This document shows positions 10,764 to 22,634 of a stretch of 50,298 nt of DNA, piece after piece; the first letter of the stretch is position 1; every line of letters starts with the position of its first letter. The stretch is from Acidobacteriota bacterium (lineage in GTDB: Bacteria; Acidobacteriota; Blastocatellia; RBC074), in contig JAKEHZ010000090.1 of the NCBI GenBank assembly GCA_022614735.1, forward strand, positions 1 through 50,298, given 5' to 3'. A program made the translations under genes and the position numbers. The notes under the pieces are model-generated. The model ran no database searches, was not told the DNA's origin, and saw nothing but the letters and a program-made list of their open reading frames with translations.

Positions 10764-11729
10764 TTACTCTTTGTTAGCGTGGCCCTCAACGAGCTCGATG
10801 CGGATTTTGTCCGGACCTTCGATGAATGCGTATTTGACCATACCACCGGCAATAGATCGAATATCGTCAGTAACTTTCACGCCATCTTTCCGCATTTTCG
10901 CCAGAGCATCTGCGATGTTGTCGAAGCTGAATCCAACGTGATCCACGACCCGGCCTTTTGTGGATTCGATCTCAGTCTTCCCTTTCCAATGATCCGGATA
11001 AGCCTTCTTTGTGTACTCAACCGGATAGATGATGATGTTTACATTATCCATGATAACCGACATGGCAGGGCCGATCTGGTGGCCGCGATAATAACGCGGT
11101 TCGCGCGACGGCGGGTTGGCGGATCTGCGCTTGGCGCCGAAATACTTCATATACCATTCGCCCGCCGCGATCGGGTCTGCGCTGAACAGATGCAGGTGGC
11201 CAAATCGGTGATGCGACGCAGTGTTGATCTCGATCAGAGCTTTGTCGGGGCTTTCGATGTAAGCGTAATAGAACCTCCCAGGCTGCGCATTCGGGTTGCC
11301 GATATCGCTGATGTCAGTCAGAGGTGTAAAGAACTTCGTGCCCATCGCCAGATGCTTTTCGTAGGTCGCCTTCATATCCTCCGCGCCCCAGCCGAAATGC
11401 CAGATGGCCGATGTCAATTCCCACGCTGGCGGTTTGTTGGCCTTCGTGAATAGCAGCCACGATTTTTGCGCCCACACCGCGTCCATCGATCCCGCAAACC
11501 GGGCTTTCTCGCAGTCGAATTTGCTCGTGTAAAAATCAATTGCAGATTTCGGATCGGTGGTATTGAGATGAAGGTGATGAAAGTGCGCTTCCGGCATTTG
11601 CAGATCGGGGGCTCTACTCACTGCCGATGTTTCCTGGATTGATTCCACTGGGATTCCAAAGGAACAAAAAACCAGTGCTCCGACAAGAAGTATCGCATTG
11701 GTCATTTTTGCTTGCGTTGAGGTCATCAT
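10764..11729 (-). CDS. Secreted VOC-superfamily (glyoxalase/dioxygenase-fold) protein, two VOC modules
   Basis: The hydrophobic N-terminus is [19 protein letters not shown]-type motifs are [19 protein letters not shown] and [24 protein letters not shown]. Confidence 0.65.
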   Translation of the reverse strand: MMTSTQAKMTNAILLVGALVFCSFGIPVESIQETSAVSRAPDLQMPEAHFHHLHLNTTDPKSAIDFYTSKFDCEKARFAGSMDAVWAQKSWLLFTKANKPPAWELTSAIWHFGWGAEDMKATYEKHLAMGTKFFTPLTDISDIGNPNAQPGRFYYAYIESPDKALIEINTASHHRFGHLHLFSADPIAAGEWYMKYFGAKRRSANPPSREPRYYRGHQIGPAMSVIMDNVNIIIYPVEYTKKAYPDHWKGKTEIESTKGRVVDHVGFSFDNIADALAKMRKDGVKVTDDIRSIAGGMVKYAFIEGPDKIRIELVEGHANKE

Positions 11730-11794
11730 ATTTTAACCAGATCTTCTTCGTGGTAGGGCTACAATTGACCGTCGTGACAGACTGATGAAGGATG

Positions 11795-11911
11795 AGAGGA
11801 TGACGGAACAAACGGAGAAGATGCTAGATGCTAGATGCTAGCTGCTAGGTGAGCGTCCTAGCATCTAGCATCTAGCATCTAGCATCTTCTCCGTTTGTTC
11901 CGTCATCCTCT
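11795..11911. repeat. Intergenic palindrome IR4 with gatgcta heptamer arrays
   Basis: The left arm is agaggatgacggaacaaacggagaag plus (gatgcta)x3. The right arm is its complement with 4 heptamer copies. It ends 3 nt from the stop (11915) of the monooxygenase gene. Confidence 0.93.
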
Positions 11912-11914
11912 GTT

Positions 11915-13258
<1,344 letters not shown>

Positions 13259-13509
13259 CGAAGATCCTCCATTATTTTTTGTGCTTTCAGAACCAGAGAC
13301 GCTGTTCTTCGACCACCAGTTACCAGATTTCTTGCGGAGTGGCGATCAGCGGCACCCGACATTCTAATTCGGAGATTTGAGATTTCACAAGCCCTTCCCT
13401 ACCGGTCGGTCAGTTAACTCAGTTTATCCTTGCAATCCAAACCTCAAGTTGCGATTATCTCGCCTCGCCATCATCAAATCGATACTCTCAAAAAATTGGA
13501 GACAATTGG

Positions 13510-14343
13510 ATGAGACTTTACAAAACCAGACATGGCGCGGTGCTCGAAGACCATGGCGTTTTTTATCAATTGCCGGAGACCGATTGGGACGTTTTGATCA
13601 ATCGCGACGATCATGAACTGGTCTTTACCAGCATGTCGCGACGCGCAACGCGCTTACACCACTTCACGGCGGATGAGAATGTGCTGCCGCCGATCGGCAA
13701 CCAGGAGGTCTGGGCAGCCGGGGTGACCTACTATCGCAGTCGCACGGCGCGAATGGAAGAATCGAAGACGGCAGGCGGCGGCGATTTTTATGAGCGCGTC
13801 TACAATGCACAACGCCCCGAATTGTTCTTCAAAGCCACCCCGCACCGCGTCGCCGGCACAGGCCAGAACGTCCGCATCCGTAGAGATTCAAAATGGAACG
13901 TGCCGGAGCCCGAATTGGCGCTGGTCATCAACTCGCTCGGTCAAATTATCGGTTACACGATTGGCAATGACATGAGCTCACGAGACATCGAGGGGGAAAA
14001 CCCCTTGTATTTGCCGCAGGCGAAGGTTTATTCAATGTGCTGCGCTCTTGGTCCTGCGATTCTAGTCTACGAACGCCCTTTAGACATCAAGACTGAGATA
14101 CACATGGAAATCTTGCGTCATGGCAAAATTGAATTTCGCGGCCAAACTGACCTGAGTAATCTCAAGCGGACATCGGAAGAACTGATAGAATACCTGTTTC
14201 GCGATAACAGCTTCCCTTATGGATGTATTCTGCTCACCGGGACCGGAATCGTTCCTCCCGATGATTTCACCTTGCAACCAGAAGATGAGATCCGCATTAC
14301 AATCGACCCGATTGGAACTTTGATCAACATAGTGCAAAACTGA
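13510..14343 (+). CDS. Fumarylacetoacetate-hydrolase-fold protein, probable 2-dehydro-3-deoxy-pentonate dehydratase (KdaD-like)
   Basis: 277 aa of FAH-family sequence (EPELALVINSLGQIIGYTIGNDMSSRDIEGENPLYLPQAK). A GGAG lies upstream. The stop is 1 nt before the following aldehyde dehydrogenase ATG. Confidence 0.7.
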   Translation: MRLYKTRHGAVLEDHGVFYQLPETDWDVLINRDDHELVFTSMSRRATRLHHFTADENVLPPIGNQEVWAAGVTYYRSRTARMEESKTAGGGDFYERVYNAQRPELFFKATPHRVAGTGQNVRIRRDSKWNVPEPELALVINSLGQIIGYTIGNDMSSRDIEGENPLYLPQAKVYSMCCALGPAILVYERPLDIKTEIHMEILRHGKIEFRGQTDLSNLKRTSEELIEYLFRDNSFPYGCILLTGTGIVPPDDFTLQPEDEIRITIDPIGTLINIVQN

Positions 14344-14344
14344 G

Positions 14345-15934
14345 ATGGAACTTCACGGACAAAACATCATCGCCTGCCGGCCTGCCCCAAATCGGAACAA
14401 AACATTTCGCGGCTTTTCGCCATCTGAGGGGACAGAGCTCGTTCCTGAATTTCAGGAAGCAACGGAAGAACAGATCGATCAGGCGCTTGCAGGCGCCTAC
14501 GACGCTTTTCACGACTATCGCCGCCGTTCAGCTGAAGACCGCGCTTTTTTTATCGAGCGCATAGCCGAAGAAATCAACTCATTGGGCGACGAGTTGATCG
14601 AACGCGCGCATCTCGAGACCGCATTGCCAAAAGACCGATTAACAGGGGAACGTGGACGCACCGTCAATCAACTGCGATTGTTTGCCGAGTTGATCCGCGA
14701 GGGCTCCTGGGTTGATGCGCGCATCGACCGCGCAATCCCTGACCGCCCGCCGCTGCCCAAACCTGACATCAGGCGGATGTTGATTCCTAGCGGTCCGGTC
14801 GCAGTCTTTGGCGCAAGTAATTTTCCACTGGCCTTCTCCGTCGCCGGCGGCGACACGGCTTCAGCACTGGCCGCGGGTTGCCCGGTAGTCATCAAAGCTC
14901 ATCCTGCTCATCCGGGGACATCGGAACTCACTGCTCGCGCGATAGTGAAAGCAATAGAAGAAACACAAATGCCTGCCGGTCTCTTTTCATTGCTGCACGG
15001 TCTCAGTAATGGAGTAGGGCTCGGTTTGGTAAAACATCCACTGACGAAAGTTGTGGGGTTCACAGGCTCTCTGCGAGGCGGGCGGGCATTATTCGATGCG
15101 GCTGCGCAGCGTCCGGATCCGATACCAGTCTATGCAGAGATGGGGAGCATCAATCCTGTCTTCATTCTGCCCGGCGCTTTGCACGAACGGACCGAGGCAA
15201 TCGCTGAAGGTCTGAAAAATTCAGTCACACTCGGCGTAGGGCAATTCTGTACCAACCCTGGATTAACGGTTGGCCTGTCCGATGACAACTTATCTCAATT
15301 TGTCAACAAACTGGGTGAGTTGATAGCTGATACACCGACCGGAACAATGCTCAATCCCGGAATTCTGCAAGCTTATGAGAAAGGAGTGAAACAACTCATC
15401 GATATTGCAGGCATCAATAAAGTCCAATCGAATCACACCGCCGATCTTAATAAGACTGAAGCTCGCGCAGCGATGTTTTCCACGGACGCACGGACTTTCC
15501 TTCAGCACCCCGAGCTGAGCGAAGAAGTGTTCGGGCCTTCGACCATCATCGTCAGTTGCGATACGCGGGAAGAGATGGAGAGCATTGCACACAATCTGCA
15601 GGGGCATTTAACCGCGACGATCCATGGAACGACGGAAGATTTAAAAGAATTCAAATCGCTCATTTCAATTCTCGAAAATAAAGCCGGGCGCTTGATCTTC
15701 AACGGGTTTCCGACCGGCGTTGAGGTCTGCGCCTCGATGCACCATGGTGGACCATATCCGGCAACGACCGATGCGCATTTCACTTCCGTGGGCACTGCCG
15801 CGATTGAACGGTTCGCTCGTCCGATCTCTTACCAGAACTTTCCGCAAGAGGCTTTACCGGTCGAATTGCAAAATGTCAATCAGAGGGGTATCTGGCGACT
15901 GGTGGATAATCAATTGACAAAAGAAAATTGTTGA
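14345..15934 (+). CDS. NAD(P)+ aldehyde dehydrogenase, probable 2,5-dioxopentanoate (alpha-ketoglutarate semialdehyde) dehydrogenase
   Basis: 529 aa ALDH. The catalytic Cys context is GVGQFCTNPG and the general-base region is YAEMGSINPVF. Length and pairing with the FAH-fold dehydratase fit the KGSADH class. Confidence 0.75.
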   Translation: MELHGQNIIACRPAPNRNKTFRGFSPSEGTELVPEFQEATEEQIDQALAGAYDAFHDYRRRSAEDRAFFIERIAEEINSLGDELIERAHLETALPKDRLTGERGRTVNQLRLFAELIREGSWVDARIDRAIPDRPPLPKPDIRRMLIPSGPVAVFGASNFPLAFSVAGGDTASALAAGCPVVIKAHPAHPGTSELTARAIVKAIEETQMPAGLFSLLHGLSNGVGLGLVKHPLTKVVGFTGSLRGGRALFDAAAQRPDPIPVYAEMGSINPVFILPGALHERTEAIAEGLKNSVTLGVGQFCTNPGLTVGLSDDNLSQFVNKLGELIADTPTGTMLNPGILQAYEKGVKQLIDIAGINKVQSNHTADLNKTEARAAMFSTDARTFLQHPELSEEVFGPSTIIVSCDTREEMESIAHNLQGHLTATIHGTTEDLKEFKSLISILENKAGRLIFNGFPTGVEVCASMHHGGPYPATTDAHFTSVGTAAIERFARPISYQNFPQEALPVELQNVNQRGIWRLVDNQLTKENC

Positions 15935-15942
15935 AAGCTGAA

Positions 15943-16016
15943 GAGGAACCACGGATGCGACGGATTGACGCGGATTTAATCCGTGTAAATCCGTGGTTCA
16001 TTTGTCCCAATCTTCA
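15943..16016. repeat. Short copy of the IR3 family
   Basis: gaaccacggatgcgacggatt...aatccgtgtaaatccgtggttcatttgtcccaatcttca matches the IR3 right arm aatccgtcgcatccgtgtaaatccgcggttcatttgcctcaatcttca, apart from a 9-nt deletion and 3 substitutions. It starts 8 nt after the ALDH stop, between convergent genes. Confidence 0.88.
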
Positions 16017-16079
16017 TGTGACTTGATTTAGACTCCAGACTCCTAAATGACAGGCAATAAGCGCGTATTTTTCCGATGT

Positions 16080-16478
16080 TCATCTGTTTCTCAAGTCAAT
16101 AGTTCTGTTCTCATCTTCCCGCGTGAACCACCACGCCCAGGCGATCAAAACAAACTGAAACGGCAGTCTGATCCAATGGAACCAGATCGGTACATCAGGA
16201 TAGAGATGACGGTTGACGGCCATATGTATGTTTGCCGGATAGACAGCGATCAACAAGACGATCAATCCCCACGCCGCCAAACGCGTGTATCTCGGAATTA
16301 ACAACAAGATCCCAAGCACAAATTCAATAAAGCCGGCCAGATATTGCAGAAACATTGGCCACGGCAAATATGGGGGCATAATACGCAAATAGAATTCAGG
16401 GTCGCGGAAGTGATTGATACCTGCTCCGATGAAGAAGACTGCCAGTAGAGTCTTCATAACCAATCGGAAGGTTCTCAT
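16080..16478 (-). CDS. DoxX-like small membrane protein
   Basis: 132 aa with four hydrophobic segments and a DoxX-like N-terminus (LLAVFFIGAGINHF). There is an ATGA overlap with the upstream gene. Confidence 0.65.
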   Translation of the reverse strand: MRTFRLVMKTLLAVFFIGAGINHFRDPEFYLRIMPPYLPWPMFLQYLAGFIEFVLGILLLIPRYTRLAAWGLIVLLIAVYPANIHMAVNRHLYPDVPIWFHWIRLPFQFVLIAWAWWFTREDENRTIDLRNR

Positions 16479-17539
16479 ATGTTCTCCTTCCCTTCACCAT
16501 CAGCTCGTGTCACCATTTCGGGTGGAGATTCGACTGGTGCGCGCAATTCCGCTGCCTCTTCTCCCCGTATCTCTTCAGTTTCTTCTTCCGGCCTTGTTCT
16601 TGTGGCAGAAAGGAACTCAACCTCTGCAGGCTGCCGTGGTGCAATGATCGTCGCCGGCTCCGGCACGAGACGCTGATATAGATCTAACTCAGCAACATAG
16701 AAAGTCAATCGCGTCCACATCCTCACAGCGATTGCCGCTTGACTCAGGATAATTGCCAGCAATACTGACATGGCCGACGATTGATTGATCGAGCTACGCA
16801 GCCAGGCGAGCAATCCAAAAAAAGAAATGCCAATAATCGCAATTAATAAGTAAAGACCGAATGTGCTGAAAAAATGTTGCAGAGCAAATCTGAAGGCGTT
16901 GATGGTTTCACGAAACATCTTGCGGCTATCGCTGATGACGGTGCTGATCTTGGCATAGTCGAAAACCATATTGATGAAGGCAAACATAACCACCAGCAGC
17001 AGCATGACTGCCCACCTCTTGTATATAACCGATTCATATGCCGTAGCCCGCTCCTCCGTCTGATTGACCAGACCTCTCGCCAGTAGGTAGATGAAGTAAG
17101 CCACACCATAGAAGATCAGCGAAATCAACAACAGGCGCACGAAGCGCCAGAAGTATGCGCCGCAGCCTGCCCAGAACTTTCGCATCGTGAAGCGCCCATC
17201 ATCAAAAGCGAAGACCTCGATAATTCCCCCGGCAAAGAGCGTGTTCACCACTAGATAGCCGAACCCTGTCACGGCCAGCAGTAGGCCAAGCTGGATTCCG
17301 ACCGATTCCAGCGAGTAACCGGGCATCTGATGATTAAACACGTCAATAATCCAGCTCGCATCGATTTTGTTGGCCAACATTCTGTCCGCCGCGAGCGTCC
17401 CGCTGGCAGTTTGCACAACCAGCAAAAAGATGGATAGAGCGAGTGGCATTGAGAAAAGAATATTGGCAACGAGAAGTAGCAGAATCATCTTCCAACTTCG
17501 GCTGGCATGCAGGATACCGGCGATAAACGAACTGATCAT
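16475..17539 (-). CDS. Polytopic membrane protein of unknown function with acidic C-terminal tail
   Basis: About 354 aa with at least 6 hydrophobic helices. The ATG at 17539 is preceded by GGAGGACGG. The ORF-track start at 17572 would overlap the peptidase gene by 20 nt. Confidence 0.65.
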   Translation of the reverse strand: MISSFIAGILHASRSWKMILLLLVANILFSMPLALSIFLLVVQTASGTLAADRMLANKIDASWIIDVFNHQMPGYSLESVGIQLGLLLAVTGFGYLVVNTLFAGGIIEVFAFDDGRFTMRKFWAGCGAYFWRFVRLLLISLIFYGVAYFIYLLARGLVNQTEERATAYESVIYKRWAVMLLLVVMFAFINMVFDYAKISTVISDSRKMFRETINAFRFALQHFFSTFGLYLLIAIIGISFFGLLAWLRSSINQSSAMSVLLAIILSQAAIAVRMWTRLTFYVAELDLYQRLVPEPATIIAPRQPAEVEFLSATRTRPEEETEEIRGEEAAELRAPVESPPEMVTRADGEGKENI

Positions 17540-17552
17540 CTTCCGTCCTCCT

Positions 17553-19742
<2,190 letters not shown>

Positions 19743-19751
19743 TAGCGCTCC

Positions 19752-20040
19752 TCATTATGGAAAAAGAGAAAACGGAACAAATGGAAATAACGGAACAAAC
19801 GGAAGCTCAATAAAATTTCCGTTTGTTCCCTGATGTCGGGACACATTTTCAAAGTTAGGTTTCAGATCATAAGGCAAGGTGGAACACAAAAAAGGCAAAA
19901 AGGGCAAAAAAGACAAAAAGGGCCAAGAATTTTTGCCTTTTTTGCCCTTTTTGCCTTTTTTGTGTTCCACCTTGCCTTATGATCTGAAACCTAACTTTGA
20001 AAATGTGTCCCGACATCAGGTTTGATCCGTTTTCTCTCCT
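19752..20040. repeat. Composite nested palindrome IR5 (outer stem, hairpin A 19792-19829, hairpin B 19830-20019 with 83-bp perfect stem)
   Basis: 19830-19912 is the exact reverse complement of 19937-20019, counted as 83 nt. Hairpin A is ggaacaaacggaa / ttccgtttgttcc. The outer gagaaaacgga pairs with tccgttttctc. The element fills the gap between the stop at 20060 and the M1 peptidase ATG at 19742. Confidence 0.95.
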
Positions 20041-20059
20041 TGGTTTTCGCATCGTAAGC

Positions 20060-21118
20060 CTACCCGAAGCAGTACAGCCTGCCGTCGTTCGATCCAACCA
20101 CTACCTTCCCATTGGCAATCGCAGGCGAGGCTGAAAATGCCGAACCGTCGGTGAACTCCCACAATTTGGTTCCCTTCACTAAATCCAACACGTAGAAACG
20201 ACCGTCGTTCGAACCTACATAAACTCTTCCGCCGGAGATTGCGGGAGATGATTCGACGCGTGCTCGTGTAGTGAAAGTCCAGATCGCTTTGCCCGTCACA
20301 GCATTTAAACAATGAACCATCTTGTCGCGGCCACCCAGGATAACCTTTCCCTCAACAACCGCGGGTGAAGAATAAAAAGGAAATTGCCGTTTCGGGTGTT
20401 GATAGCGCCAGACCGGACGGCGTGTGCGGAGGTTCAATTTGATTACCTCGTTGTTGAAATTTCCGAAATATGCCGATTGGCCGACGAGGGTTGGCGATGC
20501 ACCGGTGTAGCCCCCTGCCGGCATCTTCAACACCTCTTTGCCGTCACTGATGCTAATACCGCGGAAAATCTCATCGCAACCCGCAATATATGCTACGCCG
20601 TTAACCACCGCAGGTGTACCGTGAATGTAGTTATCCGTCTTGAATCTCCAGAGAGTTTTGCCATCGCGTGTGTTGAAGCAATAGAGGGAGCCGTCGTAAG
20701 AACCGATCAAGACCCGATCACCAACGATGACCGGCGAAGATTTGATCTCTGCTCCGGTTTGATAGGTCCAGATCCCTTTGCCGTCGCCGGCATTGACCGC
20801 GTGAAAGACCCCTGAGAGGTCGCCGATGAAGACAATACCGCCCCCGACTGCTGGCGATGATTCGCCAACAGCCTCTTTGGTCTGGTATTTCCATTTCAAT
20901 TTTCCACTCGACAGATCAACGGCGATCAGCTCGCTTTTACCGGTACCAACGTAGACCGTTCCCTCAACAATCGCTGCTGAGGATTCAATTATTTCACCTG
21001 CATCATATGTCCACAGTAATTTGAGATCGGCAGGAGGCTGTGATTGCGAAATGCCGGTCAAGTTGTAGTTGCCACGGAATTGCGGCCAGGAGTCCGCCGT
21101 CTGTGAGGTCACAGACAT
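20060..21118 (-). CDS. PQQ-like (BamB-like) beta-propeller repeat protein, paralog 1
   Basis: The N-terminal motif is DSWPQFRGNYNLTG. Repeated A.D..TGK..W blades include VDLSSGKLKWKY, NTRDGKTLWRF and NAVTGKAIWTF. The conservative start is the ATG at 21118, giving no signal peptide. An alternative in-frame ATG at 21292 is discussed in the findings. Confidence 0.8.
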   Translation of the reverse strand: MSVTSQTADSWPQFRGNYNLTGISQSQPPADLKLLWTYDAGEIIESSAAIVEGTVYVGTGKSELIAVDLSSGKLKWKYQTKEAVGESSPAVGGGIVFIGDLSGVFHAVNAGDGKGIWTYQTGAEIKSSPVIVGDRVLIGSYDGSLYCFNTRDGKTLWRFKTDNYIHGTPAVVNGVAYIAGCDEIFRGISISDGKEVLKMPAGGYTGASPTLVGQSAYFGNFNNEVIKLNLRTRRPVWRYQHPKRQFPFYSSPAVVEGKVILGGRDKMVHCLNAVTGKAIWTFTTRARVESSPAISGGRVYVGSNDGRFYVLDLVKGTKLWEFTDGSAFSASPAIANGKVVVGSNDGRLYCFG

Positions 21119-21127
21119 CGGTTTTGT

Positions 21128-21268
21128 GAAAGGCAAAAGGCAAAAGGCAAAAATCAAAAGGCAAAGGGCAAAAGGCAAAAGGTAAAAATCAAAAATTAAG
21201 CTCAAAGTGCCGACCTTTTGCCTATTAACTTTTGCCTTTCGCCTTTTGCCTTTCGCCTTTTGATTTTC
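21128..21268. repeat. Imperfect palindrome IR6 built from aaaggc-type words
   Basis: The left arm gaaaggcaaaaggcaaaaggcaaaaatcaaaaggcaaagggcaaaaggcaaaagg faces the right arm ccttttgcctattaacttttgcctttcgccttttgcctttcgccttttgattttc. The loop contains attaagctcaaagtgccg. It lies between the Fe-ADH stop (21289) and the ATG at 21118. Confidence 0.88.
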
Positions 21269-21288
21269 TTTATCGCTTTTCATTCGAA

Positions 21289-22431
21289 TCATAGCGCTAG
21301 CCTGTAAACCTCCAATGCCCCTTCGGCATTCCACTCCCGTGGATTGAAACTTCCTGTCCATTGTTTTGCCGCTTCTTCAGCCAGCATCGGGAGGTCCGAG
21401 TGCCGGATTTTTAGATGACTCAAACCAAAGGGCAATCCACCTGCCAGGCGAAGCTGCTCCAAACGATCTGCCAGACCTTCGCCGGGCTCTTTGCCATTCC
21501 TCGTCTGCGATGAAACCTGATTCAATTCATGATAATGATCGGCAACCACAGCGGCATTCCACCGCACAACGTGAGGCAACATCAGAGCAATCGCTACACC
21601 GTGAGTCGTTCCGTAATTTTTTGTCAACGGATTGGCGCAGGCATGCGTTGCTCCGAGCATAGAATTTTCAATGGCGACGCCCGCGTAATACGCGCCGAGC
21701 AGCATTGCGCCGCGCGCCGTGAGTTCCCGAGGCTCTGCTAAAACTCGCTCGTAATTCGCTTCGAGCAACCGCCAGGCCTCCCGCGAATACATGGCAGAGA
21801 TCGGGTTTCGATTCTTCGTCACATAAGATTCAACGGCGTGGGAGATGGCATCATAACCTGCGGTGGCAGTCAAACTCTCAGGCTGAGTGATAGTCAATCG
21901 CGGATCGAGGATGGCGATTTTAAATGTTGCTTTCGGATCGCCACACGCCATCTTCACGTGAGTCTCGGCATCGGAGATCAATGTGTAACATTGCGCTTCG
22001 CTGCCGGTCCCGGCAGTGGTCGGGATACCGATCATCGGGAGCATTGGCTTCGGCGCTTTGCCATAACCCCAGTAATCGCGCATAGTGCCGCCGTTGGTCA
22101 GCACGAAATTTATGCCCTTTGCGCAATCCATCGAACTGCCGCCACCGAGGCCGATGATCGAATCTATCTCAAGTGAGACAGCGCAGATGCGCCCCAGCTC
22201 AACCATCGTCGTGTCAGGATTCTCACTGAAGTCGTGGAAGGTGAATACCTCTATGCCCGCCTGCTGTAGTAGTTTCGATGCCTCACCTGCATAACCGCAA
22301 GCGACCATTCCGTGATCTGCAACGAGCAGTGTACGGCGAAACCCAAGCTCGCCTGCGAGTTCACCCAGGCGTTCGAACACGCCAATGCCGAAGGCCACAC
22401 GTGTGCGGGAATTGAAATCGAAGGACTGCAT
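21289..22431 (-). CDS. Iron-containing (group III) alcohol dehydrogenase
   Basis: 380 aa with GGGSSMDCAK and metal-binding His motifs (DAISHAVESY, GATHACANPL, HGVAIALMLPHV). There is no signal peptide. Confidence 0.88.
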   Translation of the reverse strand: MQSFDFNSRTRVAFGIGVFERLGELAGELGFRRTLLVADHGMVACGYAGEASKLLQQAGIEVFTFHDFSENPDTTMVELGRICAVSLEIDSIIGLGGGSSMDCAKGINFVLTNGGTMRDYWGYGKAPKPMLPMIGIPTTAGTGSEAQCYTLISDAETHVKMACGDPKATFKIAILDPRLTITQPESLTATAGYDAISHAVESYVTKNRNPISAMYSREAWRLLEANYERVLAEPRELTARGAMLLGAYYAGVAIENSMLGATHACANPLTKNYGTTHGVAIALMLPHVVRWNAAVVADHYHELNQVSSQTRNGKEPGEGLADRLEQLRLAGGLPFGLSHLKIRHSDLPMLAEEAAKQWTGSFNPREWNAEGALEVYRLAL

Positions 22432-22501
22432 CTAATGAATGGAATAAGATAAAAAAAACAAATGGAAATATCCTAGAAATTTTCAGCAAGTTTCATCTAT
22501 C

Positions 22502-22620
22502 AACTAACGGTTTCAACACAAAGGGACAAAGGGTCAAAGGGTCAAAGGGGGATAAATGCTTGATTTATTTCTTCTTTGATCCTTTGACCCTTTGTCCCTT
22601 TGTGTTGAAACCGTTAGCTA
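22502..22620. repeat. Intergenic palindrome IR7 with caaagggt word arrays
   Basis: aactaacggtttcaacacaaagggacaaagggtcaaagg pairs with cctttgaccctttgtccctttgtgttgaaaccgttagct. The central mini-hairpin is ataaat-gcttg-atttat. It ends 14 nt from the stop at 22635. Confidence 0.92.
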
Positions 22621-22634
22621 GTTTCGGCTTCCTA

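Noticed and set aside
11821-11885. Tandem word arrays (gatgcta, attttcc, aaaggc and others) considered as possible CRISPR arrays
   Set aside because: The units are 6-9 nt and directly abutting, with no unique spacers. They form the two complementary arms of hairpins. No cas genes are present.
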